This document shows, one piece after another, positions 9,196-18,183 of a DNA stretch of 62,097 nt. The stretch's first letter is position 1. Every line of letters begins with the position of its first letter. The stretch covers positions 1-62,097 of the forward strand of contig CANRJX010000001.1 in assembly GCA_947631095.1 (NCBI GenBank). Reading direction: 5' to 3'. This stretch comes from an uncultured Wohlfahrtiimonas sp. (GTDB lineage: Bacteria > Pseudomonadota > Gammaproteobacteria > Cardiobacteriales > Wohlfahrtiimonadaceae). The notes beneath the pieces are model-generated. The model saw only the letters and a list, made by a program, of their open reading frames with translations, did not search any database and was not told the DNA's origin. The position numbers were made by a program, and so were the translations under genes.

Positions 9196-11529
9196 TTGAT
9201 TAGCGATTGGTTTGATAAAGGTACAGGGCGTATTAGACTTATTATAGTTGCTTGTGTACTTATGATTTCGATGGTTGGAATGTTTTTTTTCTTTAAGTCA
9301 TCGTCCGTCACAAAAAATTTATCTTACACTTTGTATGATTATTTTTTAGAGCAAAAAGTTAAAACAGTTACTGAAAATGATTTAGTAATGATTGTCATTG
9401 ATGACAATAGTATTCGTGCTCTGGAAAAAATCTGGCCATGGCCAAGAGCTTATCATGCAGGCTTAATTACTGAATTGACCAGAATGGGCGCTAAAATTAT
9501 TGCCTATGATATTTTGTTTACAGAAAGTAGTTCAAGTGATGTCATTCTAGCTAAAGCGATTGATAAACATGGTGCCGTTATATTGCCAAAGCCACTGTTT
9601 TTTTCTTCAGATGGCTTAGTTCCTTTTGAAGATATTGCTCATTTTGGGCACGTAGAAGTTAATGTTGATAGTGATGGTGTCGTTCGTTCGGTTGATCCAT
9701 ATTTAGATGGGATGCGCAGTTTTTCATTTGCTGTTTTAAATGTTCTGGCAGATTTAGATTCAACTAAACCTACTGCAAATGAAATGTATAAAGATCAGTT
9801 AGATGCACCTATTCGCTACATTTATTCTTCTAATCGCACTTATCCTACTTATTCATTTTCTGATGTTTTAATGGGTAGAATTGATCCTGCAGAATTCAAA
9901 GATAAAATCGTTTTTGTTGGCGTTAGTGCAACAGGAATTGGTGAAAGATTAAGAGGATCATCGTTAAAAAATAGTACTTTTAAAACAGGCGTTGAAATTC
10001 AAGCCTCAATTTTTGAAGCGCTTAGAGATCAAGCAATTACAGAATATGCAGGGAATGTTTTTGATTTTGTTGTTACTGCTGTTTCAATCGTTTTCATCAC
10101 ATCCGTGGCTGTTTTGGCATCGCCTTTAATAACTATCGGTATTTCACTGTTATATATCGCATTATTAACAGCCAGCGCCTTTATATTGTTTTATTTTCAG
10201 AATTATTGGTACTCGCCGATTGCGATTTCTGTCGCAATGATTTGTGTCATTTTTCTTTATACACTAATACGAATACATGTCAGTTTAAAAGAAGCTAATC
10301 GTACGTTAAACCTTAATGTTGCTGATAGAACAAAAAAACTTGTTGTTGCTAACTTGCGTCTTGCTCAGGAAATGGGTGAAAAAGAGAAAATTTGGGCAGA
10401 TTTGAAAGATAGTGAAGAGCAACTTAAAAAACTTTTAGATGGTTTGCAAATTGGCATCGTGTCGACGGATGAAAATGGTCAATTGATTACAGCAAATAGT
10501 ACCGCGCTCAGTTTTTTTAATTTAACCAATATTGATTCTGCTGATGGCTTAGATGCCTATTTTAAGTATGATTTAGCACATGGTGGTGCAAAGATTAATG
10601 TGAAAGAAGTTTTTCACATGTTAGTTCACAGCAAAGATTCAAGTCAATTAGAGTGCGTGTTGATGACATCTAATCCGCGTTACAATGGTATCCCAGTTTC
10701 TCTATTATTTTCTCGATTAGGGTCTTCAGAACACCATACGAATTTTGCCTGTATTATTCGTGATATTAGTGATCAGAAACGTTCAGAATTTATTACACAA
10801 GAATTTGTGGCAACCGTTTCACATGAATTACGTACACCTATTACTTCTATCAAAGGTTCATTAGGATTAATGAGTAGTGGTATTGCGGGAGATATACCTG
10901 TTAAAGCACAAAAGTTATTAGAATTGGCTTCGCGTAATAGTGATCGTTTATTAAGTCTTGTGAATGACATTTTAGATATTCAAAAAATTCAATTGGGTAC
11001 TTTAGATTTTCATTTGAAAACTATAGATATTGTCGCGGTAGTGCGTCAATCGATTGAAGTGAATGAGCTTTACGCACAAAACTTAGGCATTAAACTGATT
11101 AGTGAATTGCCAGCTTATCCAATTTATGTCATGGGAGATTCTGATCGCTTGATACAAGTGATGAGTAATTTATTATCGAATGCCGCAAAATTTTCTAAAT
11201 CAGATACTAATGTTTATGCACGCGTTGTTTTAGCAGGTAAGAAAGTTTGTATAGAAGTTGAAGATCATGGCGTAGGTATTCCTGATAGTTTTAAAGATAA
11301 AGTATTTATGAAATTTGCTCAGGCAGATGATGCGAAGCATCGTTCAAAAGGAACAGGATTAGGGTTGAGTATTGCAAAAGCATTTATTGAACGGATGGGT
11401 GGCACTATTCACTATGAATCAACAGAAAATGTTGGTACAAAATTCTATTTTTATTTACCGCTCGCTTCGATTAAAGAAGTGACGGATTATATTTCAGATC
11501 AAAAAGCGAAAAAGGATATGTTCTTATGA
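9196..11529 (+). CDS. CHASE2-PAS sensor histidine kinase
   Basis: CHASE2 motifs WPWPR, YDILFTE, DSDGVVR, GVEIQA; three TM helices; PAS; H-box VSHELRTPITSI; NLLSNAAKFS, DHGVGI, GTGLGLSI; TTG start. Confidence 0.9.
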   Translation: MISDWFDKGTGRIRLIIVACVLMISMVGMFFFFKSSSVTKNLSYTLYDYFLEQKVKTVTENDLVMIVIDDNSIRALEKIWPWPRAYHAGLITELTRMGAKIIAYDILFTESSSSDVILAKAIDKHGAVILPKPLFFSSDGLVPFEDIAHFGHVEVNVDSDGVVRSVDPYLDGMRSFSFAVLNVLADLDSTKPTANEMYKDQLDAPIRYIYSSNRTYPTYSFSDVLMGRIDPAEFKDKIVFVGVSATGIGERLRGSSLKNSTFKTGVEIQASIFEALRDQAITEYAGNVFDFVVTAVSIVFITSVAVLASPLITIGISLLYIALLTASAFILFYFQNYWYSPIAISVAMICVIFLYTLIRIHVSLKEANRTLNLNVADRTKKLVVANLRLAQEMGEKEKIWADLKDSEEQLKKLLDGLQIGIVSTDENGQLITANSTALSFFNLTNIDSADGLDAYFKYDLAHGGAKINVKEVFHMLVHSKDSSQLECVLMTSNPRYNGIPVSLLFSRLGSSEHHTNFACIIRDISDQKRSEFITQEFVATVSHELRTPITSIKGSLGLMSSGIAGDIPVKAQKLLELASRNSDRLLSLVNDILDIQKIQLGTLDFHLKTIDIVAVVRQSIEVNELYAQNLGIKLISELPAYPIYVMGDSDRLIQVMSNLLSNAAKFSKSDTNVYARVVLAGKKVCIEVEDHGVGIPDSFKDKVFMKFAQADDAKHRSKGTGLGLSIAKAFIERMGGTIHYESTENVGTKFYFYLPLASIKEVTDYISDQKAKKDMFL

Positions 11530-12746
11530 TCAAATCAAACAAACCTGTAAAATTTTTAGGTGGATTGACGGTTGAAGAGTTTTTTTCAGAGTATTGGCAG
11601 AAAAAACCTCTATTTGTAAAGAATGCCTTTCAAGACTTCGTTGATCCAATTACGCCAGATGAAATTGCTGGTTTAACTTACGAAGAAGGTGTTCCTTCTC
11701 GATTTGTTTTTGAAGAAAAAAATTGGGAGTTAAAAACAGGACCTTTTGGTGATAAAGATTTTGTTAACTTACCAGATAAAAAATGGGTTTTATTAGTCAA
11801 TGATGTAGAAAAATTTATGCCACAAATGCGTGTGCTTTCAGACCCATTTAATTTTATCCCAGAATGGCGCATGGATGATTTACAAGTCAGTTATGCTGTG
11901 GATCAAGGAACAGTTGGCGCTCATTGGGATGATTACGATGTATTTTTACTTCAAGGTATGGGTAAAAAGCGTTGGCAAATTAGTTATGATGAAGTTTCTG
12001 AAAATGACTTTGTTGAAGGTTTGCCGATTCGTTTAATTAAAGATTTTAATGTCCATGAAGAATGGATTGTTGAACCAGGCGATTTATTGTATTTGCCGCC
12101 ACGTATTGGTCACTTCGGTGTTTCTATTGGCGAGAGCGTAACTTGGTCGATTGGATTTAGAGCACCTAAACATCGTGAAATGATCCATGATTTCATGGAA
12201 GATATTATCCAGTTCACGGGTGCTGATGAGCGTTATGCAGATCCACAATTGGCACCACGTGAATTTTCATCTGAATTAAATGATGATGATATTGATCGCG
12301 TGATGAAGATTATTCAAGAAGGATTATCTTTTAATCGTGACTTGGTTGCAGATTGGTTCGGTCGTTATATGAGTGAGAGTAAAGAAGGTCAAGAAGCAGA
12401 AGCCCTAGAAGAAGAATTTAGTGTGGAAGAAGTGATCGGATTACTTGAAGATGGTGCAGATATTGAACGAGTGCCGACAATTTCATTCTACTTTAGAGAA
12501 ACTGTGGATGAAGCAGTCTTATATGCAAATGGTGAATGTTTTGCATTAGATAAAAAACATGTCAAATTAATTCAATATTTATGTGAAAATCGTCAATATA
12601 GTCCTGGGAAAATGACACAGTTTTTGAAAGATGACGTTGCGGCAGAATTTATTTTAGACTTAGTGAATCAAGGAATGTTGGCATTTTTTGATGGCGATGA
12701 CCATGATCATGATGAGTGTGACGGTGATTGTGACCATGAGCACTAA
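11526..12746 (+). CDS. roxA: JmjC/cupin 50S ribosomal protein uL16 3-hydroxylase (RoxA/YcfD)
   Basis: YWQKKPL, WRMDDLQVSYA, GAHWDDYDVFLLQGMGKKRW, PGDLLYLPP, SIGFRAP. Confidence 0.88.
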   Translation: MIKSNKPVKFLGGLTVEEFFSEYWQKKPLFVKNAFQDFVDPITPDEIAGLTYEEGVPSRFVFEEKNWELKTGPFGDKDFVNLPDKKWVLLVNDVEKFMPQMRVLSDPFNFIPEWRMDDLQVSYAVDQGTVGAHWDDYDVFLLQGMGKKRWQISYDEVSENDFVEGLPIRLIKDFNVHEEWIVEPGDLLYLPPRIGHFGVSIGESVTWSIGFRAPKHREMIHDFMEDIIQFTGADERYADPQLAPREFSSELNDDDIDRVMKIIQEGLSFNRDLVADWFGRYMSESKEGQEAEALEEEFSVEEVIGLLEDGADIERVPTISFYFRETVDEAVLYANGECFALDKKHVKLIQYLCENRQYSPGKMTQFLKDDVAAEFILDLVNQGMLAFFDGDDHDHDECDGDCDHEH

Positions 12747-12750
12747 TCGT

Positions 12751-13218
12751 ATGAAAAAATTATCACTATTGTTAGTGTCTTTATTATCGACTTCTTTTGC
12801 TATCGCAGGAGAGTTCTGGCAAGAAAAAGAAACTGTGCATGGTCAATCACAGTTGCCGTTGGCAGATATTGTTATTAACGATAAAAGTATCCAAGTTGAG
12901 TTGGCAACTGTGCCACAAACTCAAGCTTATGGTTTAATGAATCGTTATATTTTGCCAGAAAATGAAGGCATGTTATTCATATTTGATAAAGTGCAGCCAT
13001 TAAGCTTTTGGATGAAAAACACCAAGATTCCATTAGATATTTTATATTTTGATGATAATGGTACTTTGATAGATTTTGCAGAGGCAGTTCCTTGTGTGAA
13101 AGAGCCATGCCCGTCTTATCCTTCAAAATTTCCAGGGAAATATGTTTTAGAAATCGGTAAAGGTGAGCGAGAAAGACTGGGGATAAAAATTGGCGACCAA
13201 CTGAAAAAGATAGATTAA
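12751..13218 (+). CDS. DUF192 family exported protein
   Basis: Signal peptide MKKLSLLL; GLMNR...GMLFIF, FWMKNTKIPLDILY, YVLEI; start reassigned to ATG 12751. Confidence 0.9.
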   Translation: MKKLSLLLVSLLSTSFAIAGEFWQEKETVHGQSQLPLADIVINDKSIQVELATVPQTQAYGLMNRYILPENEGMLFIFDKVQPLSFWMKNTKIPLDILYFDDNGTLIDFAEAVPCVKEPCPSYPSKFPGKYVLEIGKGERERLGIKIGDQLKKID

Positions 13219-13243
13219 ACTTTTGTTTTACTAAAATTATCGG

Positions 13244-13312
13244 TATAATCGTCGGCAATTATGCTGTCATCGCCATTGACACAATATTATTTTATTTGGA
13301 GTTTTATACTTT
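13244..13312 (+). promoter_or_regulatory. rpsO promoter -10 and putative S15 autoregulatory leader
   Basis: TATAAT at 13244-13249, a short GTCGGC...GCCattGAC hairpin, and TTTGGAGTTTTA before the start, as in enteric rpsO leaders; pseudoknot not confirmed. Confidence 0.45.
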
Positions 13313-13579
13313 ATGTTAACAACAGAAAAAAAAGCAGCGATCGTTGCTGAATTTGCACGCGGCGAAAACGATACAGGTTCTCCTGAAGTACAAGTTGCAC
13401 TTTTAACTAATAATATCAATGCATTGCGTCCTCATTTTGATGCAAACAAAAAAGATCATCACTCACGTCGTGGTTTGTTACAAATGGTTAACCAACGTCG
13501 TAAGTTACTAGATTACTTGAAACGTAAAGATTTAGCGCGTTATCAAACTTTGATTGAGCGTTTACAATTACGTCGCTAA
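13313..13579 (+). CDS. rpsO: 30S ribosomal protein S15
   Basis: [24 protein letters not shown]. Confidence 0.99.
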   Translation: MLTTEKKAAIVAEFARGENDTGSPEVQVALLTNNINALRPHFDANKKDHHSRRGLLQMVNQRRKLLDYLKRKDLARYQTLIERLQLRR

Positions 13580-13612
13580 TATTAGTATTATGCGCATGAA
13601 TATGTAGTAAAT

Positions 13613-13643
13613 AGCCCTTGCAGGTATTCTGTAAGGGCTTTCG
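13613..13643 (+). terminator. Terminator/attenuator after rpsO
   Basis: AGCCCTTGCAG...CTGTAAGGGCT stem followed by a short T tract. Confidence 0.65.
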
Positions 13644-13649
13644 TTATTT

Positions 13650-13730
13650 GGTAAAAGAGTTTTGAAGGGTTCTGATAAAGAGCTTGTGTTGAGTTTTTTA
13701 TCAGCTCCCTTAGTATCAAGATCTTTTACC
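13650..13730 (+). promoter_or_regulatory. Long pnp leader hairpin (probable RNase III processing site)
   Basis: Nested pairings GGTAAAAGA/TCTTTTACC, AAGGG/CCCTT and CTGATAAAG/TTTTATCAG directly upstream of pnp. Confidence 0.7.
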
Positions 13731-13764
13731 TAAATTAGTTTTTAAATAATTAAAGGTGAAAATT

Positions 13765-15867
13765 ATGTCATTACAAGCGATTAAAAAAGAGTTTATGTAT
13801 GGCAACCAAAAGGTTGTATTAGAAGTTGGCGAAATGGCTCGTCAGGCAACTGCAGCTGTTAAAGTTGATATTGAAGGTACTGTTGTATTCGTAACATGTG
13901 TTGCATCTACCAAATTTGATCCAACACGTGATTTCTTCCCATTGACTGTTAACTATCAAGAGCGTACTTATGCTGCAGGTAAGATTCCTGGTGGTTTCTT
14001 CCGTCGTGAAGGACGTCCTTCTGAAGGTGAAACATTGATCGCTCGTTTAATCGATCGTCCATTGCGTCCTTTATTTGCTGAAGGTTTCACGAATGAAACT
14101 CAAGTAATTGCAACTGTGATTTCTATTAATCCAGAAGTGAATCCAGACATCGCATCAATGATTGGTGCATCTGCAGCTGTAACTTTAGCAGGTTTGCCAT
14201 TCGAAGGACCTATTGGTGCTGCACGTGTTGGTTATGAAAATGGTGAATATATTTTAAATCCATTAAATAGCCAAATGAAAACTTCTAAATTAGATTTAGT
14301 TGTTGCAGGTACAAGCGATGCTGTGTTGATGGTTGAATCTGAAGCAGAGCTATTAAGCGAAGATGTAATGTTAGGCGCTGTAATTTTTGGTCATGATGCA
14401 ATGCAAGTTGTGATTGAAAATATTAATGCATTGGCTGCTGAAGTTGGTGTGACAAAATTTGAATATCAAACAGTTGAAAAAAATGCTGAATTAGAAGCTG
14501 CAGTTAAAGCATTTGCTACAGAAAAATTAGAAGCAGCATACGCACATTCAGTAAAAGCTGAGCGTTATGCAGCGATTGATGCATTGCGTGCAGAAGCCGT
14601 TGAAGCGTTGATTACTGAAGAAAATGGTTATACAAAAGATGCCATCAATGCAGTTATTGATACTATGAGTTATCGCTTAGTCCGTGATCACATTTTAGAT
14701 GGTAAAGCACGTATTGATGGCCGTGATAACACAACTGTGCGCCCAATTTATTCTAGAATCGGTGTTTTACCTCGTACTCATGGTTCAGCATTATTTACAC
14801 GCGGGGAAACTCAAGCATTGGTTGTTGCAACTTTGGGTACAGACCGTGATGCTCAAATCATTGATGCATTAGAAGGTGAATATAAAGATAAATTTTTATT
14901 CCATTACAATTTCCCTCCTTACTCAGTCGGCGAAACAGGGATGGTAGGATCTCCTAAACGTCGTGAAATTGGTCATGGCCGTTTAGCAAAACGTGGTGTT
15001 CAAGCGGTATTGCCAAGTATGGAAGAATACCCATATACAGTACGTGTTGTATCTGAAATCACTGAATCAAATGGTTCAAGCTCTATGGCATCAGTTTGTG
15101 GTGCATCATTAGCATTGATGGATGCAGGTGTTCCTTTGAAAGCTCCAGTTGCAGGTATTGCGATGGGTTTAATCAAAGAAGGTGACCGTTTTGCTGTATT
15201 AACAGATATCTTAGGCGATGAAGATCATTTAGGTGATATGGACTTTAAAGTTGCAGGTACAACAGATGGTATTTCTGCACTTCAAATGGATATCAAAATC
15301 ACAGGTATCACTAAAGAAATTATGGAACAGGCTTTAGCTCAAGCTAAGGTTGCACGTTTACATATTATCAATGAAATGGGCAGTACAATCGTTGAAGCTC
15401 GCCCTGAAATTTCAGAGTTTGCACCACGTTTTACAATTTTCCGCATTAATCCGGATAAAATTCGTGATGTTATCGGTAAAGGTGGTGTAACAATTCGTGG
15501 TATTACAGAAGAAACAGGTGCTGTAATTGAGATCGAAGATGATGGTACAATTAAAATTGCCGCATCTAATGCAGATCAAGCAGCTGAAGCTAGAAAGCGT
15601 ATTGAAGAAATTACAGCAGATATTGAAGTTGGTCGTATTTATGAGTCAGCGGTTGTGCGTATTATGGACTTTGGTGCGTTTGTTAACTTGATGCCAGGTC
15701 GTGATGGTATGGTGCATGTTTCTCAAATTCCTTCAGAAGAACGCATTCAAAATGTTTCTGATCATTTAAGTGTTGGTCAAATCGTTAGAGTAAAAGTATT
15801 AGAAATTGATAAACAGGGTCGTATCCGTTTAACAATGAAAGATGTAGATGCTGCACCTGCTGAATAA
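13765..15867 (+). CDS. pnp: Polyribonucleotide nucleotidyltransferase (PNPase)
   Basis: [47 protein letters not shown] and S1 domains. Confidence 0.99.
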   Translation: MSLQAIKKEFMYGNQKVVLEVGEMARQATAAVKVDIEGTVVFVTCVASTKFDPTRDFFPLTVNYQERTYAAGKIPGGFFRREGRPSEGETLIARLIDRPLRPLFAEGFTNETQVIATVISINPEVNPDIASMIGASAAVTLAGLPFEGPIGAARVGYENGEYILNPLNSQMKTSKLDLVVAGTSDAVLMVESEAELLSEDVMLGAVIFGHDAMQVVIENINALAAEVGVTKFEYQTVEKNAELEAAVKAFATEKLEAAYAHSVKAERYAAIDALRAEAVEALITEENGYTKDAINAVIDTMSYRLVRDHILDGKARIDGRDNTTVRPIYSRIGVLPRTHGSALFTRGETQALVVATLGTDRDAQIIDALEGEYKDKFLFHYNFPPYSVGETGMVGSPKRREIGHGRLAKRGVQAVLPSMEEYPYTVRVVSEITESNGSSSMASVCGASLALMDAGVPLKAPVAGIAMGLIKEGDRFAVLTDILGDEDHLGDMDFKVAGTTDGISALQMDIKITGITKEIMEQALAQAKVARLHIINEMGSTIVEARPEISEFAPRFTIFRINPDKIRDVIGKGGVTIRGITEETGAVIEIEDDGTIKIAASNADQAAEARKRIEEITADIEVGRIYESAVVRIMDFGAFVNLMPGRDGMVHVSQIPSEERIQNVSDHLSVGQIVRVKVLEIDKQGRIRLTMKDVDAAPAE

Positions 15868-15886
15868 TATTTTTAAATAAGCTATC

Positions 15887-15915
15887 AAGCCGAGATTTAT
15901 ATCTCGGCTTTTTTT
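15887..15915 (+). terminator. Intrinsic terminator after pnp
   Basis: AAGCCGAGAT-ttat-ATCTCGGCTT plus T run. Confidence 0.9.
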
Positions 15916-16003
15916 ATTGTAAATAATATGAATTTTATTCATTTTTAATTTATTTAGCAGAGTATAATGTGCGCCTTGCTTGTAAATCTAGATTGGGGTA
16001 AAA

Positions 16004-16177
16004 ATGAAAAAGTGTAATACATGTGAAAAAGAATTAATGACTGCATTTTTTAACGCGCAATCTGGAGATGATTGTGTTTTTTGTGCTGATGATAGGATCA
16101 CACTTGCTCGATCAGAAAAGCATGATTACGAAGAAGTAGAAGATACAGGCTGTGCTGGCGGTGCTTGTACATTATAA
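16004..16177 (+). CDS. Small six-cysteine protein (57 aa) with CxxC...CxxC and a C-terminal CAGGAC tail; not in ORF track
   Basis: Hand translation MKKCNTCEKELMTAFFNAQSGDDCVFCADDRITLARSEKHDYEEVEDTGCAGGACTL*; TATAAT at 15963-15968 and GGGG SD at 15995-15998. Confidence 0.8.
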   Translation: MKKCNTCEKELMTAFFNAQSGDDCVFCADDRITLARSEKHDYEEVEDTGCAGGACTL

Positions 16178-16321
16178 AAAATATTCAGTAATAGTCTGGG
16201 TTGTGCTCGGTATTTTTGTTTATTTAAAATCATAATCACTATTATTTTGAAAGTTAATTAAAATAATAATGTTAATAGTTAATTAACGTAAATATATGTT
16301 TTCATGTATTGGTGAGGGATT

Positions 16322-18121
16322 ATGAAATTTATTTTAAACCTTGTAATATTATTTGGATGCATGACTTTTTCATTTGGTGAATCAGAAATATCACCAGAAT
16401 TGGATAAGTTTATGGAATTAAAAAAAATTCCAGACGAACTCTTCGATAATAATGCTTATATTGCTTGGCTTGGACTTAATTATCCAGGTGACGATTGGAT
16501 GACCATTAACAAAAAAATTTACAGGCATAATGAAGCGATCCTTAATGAAGAAATGCAAAATGGTAAGCTGGTAACGAGCTTTGTGTTTAATCTTGAGCAA
16601 AAAACACCACATGCACCAAAAAATCATGATGATTCATTGAAGTTATTAACAGATCAAAACACTAATAATAATTTATTATATTTAACCAGTTTATTAAAAG
16701 ATGGTGAGTATCTTTATAGTTTTAAACAATATGCAACAGGAGATAAACAGTATTTAGATACACAAGATTTTTTTCCATGTAAAGAATATTTAGATAAAGA
16801 TTGTTTACAAGAGATGGAAGAAAATCGTATTTATATTGAAAAAATATTGCGCATTAATTCAAGTATTTTGAAAAGATTTCAGAGTCTAGTACGAGATTCT
16901 GAATATACACATCGTGTAATTTATAATGATATGAGTGCATCGACAAATATTATATATAGCTCTAGCACTACTCAGTTGTTTCAGTTGAATTTATCTGATG
17001 CGCTAATGGATTTTTTGAATGACAAACCTGAGGATGGGCTAGAAAAATTAGTGATTGCTAGAAAATCTATCGATCTGCTCTATGAGGATAAGTCATTAGC
17101 AACTGTTATACATTTTGTGTTTTGTATCAGTTTCACGCAATTTTTAGACCAAACAATGAATGTGTTATTTGATTCTGGTCGCTTAGATAATTACTTGGAT
17201 GATCCTAGAGTTGGTTGGATTGTTCGTCCTTATCCAGAAAATATTGGTTTGAAACTAAATGAATCAATCATTATAAATATGATGGAGGTATTTAAAAGTG
17301 TTGCTTACCCATACATCAAAGTACTGACAACAGCCCCTGCTGATAGATTCTTAAGTGATGAGGAAGAATATATAGTTTTAATGTATTTGCATGATAGAGC
17401 AATAAGGTTACCACCGGCGGTACGTAGTGTCGTTGAGCATTTAAGAACGCAACAAATTCCAGAAACATGGCAGTATGCTCGACAGTTGTCGACTTTGCGT
17501 AACCAAGTATTTAATCGCACAAGTATAGATATGCAATCATTTTCTGAAATAATTACTGTTAATGATAATGTGACTTTGCCAAGATTTGAGCTAGATAAAT
17601 TGTATGTAGAATTTTTTCAAAATATTGATATGAAGCCTAGGGAAGCACTAGCTTATTTGAATGTTAAATATTCATCTAATGTTTTTTTTAACGATTATTA
17701 TAGCTTTTTACAAAAATTATTAGAGAAGAATAAGGAAAATATTCATTTAACTAAACCAGTGATTGATAAAGTGCTATCAGCCTATAATTTCCCGATATCA
17801 GCAAGGTTGATTCCATATACTGAATTTGAACAATATTGGTTAAGAATATATGAGCAACAGAATTATCATCAACTAGTTTATTTGAAATATTTGATTATGA
17901 AGGATAAGATCCCTGCCTCTGAAATTCAGACTTTTTTAGCTTCCGTGGGGAATTTAGCAAAAAATACCATCACAGGTTTACCATATAAATATGATGATAA
18001 AACAAAAATTTTATCTACGCCTTTTCCAAAAAATAGTCGATATTTACCTATAAATATGAAAAGTACATATTTAGATAATAAAGCGGCAAGAAGTTTTCAA
18101 GTAACAATTCAATATAATTGA
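16322..18121 (+). CDS. Secreted hypothetical protein, paralog 1 (599 aa)
   Basis: Long ORF, GAGGG RBS, signal peptide ending SFG; colinear similarity to the next ORF. Confidence 0.85.
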   Translation: MKFILNLVILFGCMTFSFGESEISPELDKFMELKKIPDELFDNNAYIAWLGLNYPGDDWMTINKKIYRHNEAILNEEMQNGKLVTSFVFNLEQKTPHAPKNHDDSLKLLTDQNTNNNLLYLTSLLKDGEYLYSFKQYATGDKQYLDTQDFFPCKEYLDKDCLQEMEENRIYIEKILRINSSILKRFQSLVRDSEYTHRVIYNDMSASTNIIYSSSTTQLFQLNLSDALMDFLNDKPEDGLEKLVIARKSIDLLYEDKSLATVIHFVFCISFTQFLDQTMNVLFDSGRLDNYLDDPRVGWIVRPYPENIGLKLNESIIINMMEVFKSVAYPYIKVLTTAPADRFLSDEEEYIVLMYLHDRAIRLPPAVRSVVEHLRTQQIPETWQYARQLSTLRNQVFNRTSIDMQSFSEIITVNDNVTLPRFELDKLYVEFFQNIDMKPREALAYLNVKYSSNVFFNDYYSFLQKLLEKNKENIHLTKPVIDKVLSAYNFPISARLIPYTEFEQYWLRIYEQQNYHQLVYLKYLIMKDKIPASEIQTFLASVGNLAKNTITGLPYKYDDKTKILSTPFPKNSRYLPINMKSTYLDNKAARSFQVTIQYN

Positions 18122-18183
18122 TTGGACATATGTTTTTTATATAGTTCATATCGCATAAATATAAATAGGATCATATAATTATT

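Noticed and set aside
12688-12750. Met-rich N-terminus (MMAMTMIMMS...) of the DUF192 ORF as a copper-binding leader
   Set aside because: It is the alternative frame of the roxA His/Asp tail (GAT/CAT codons); the signal peptide starts at ATG 12751.
16004-16177. 57-aa six-Cys peptide as a RiPP precursor (ranthipeptide or double-glycine type)
   Set aside because: No radical SAM enzyme, lanthipeptide synthetase, peptidase or ABC exporter is nearby; the CxxC pairs fit metal binding better.
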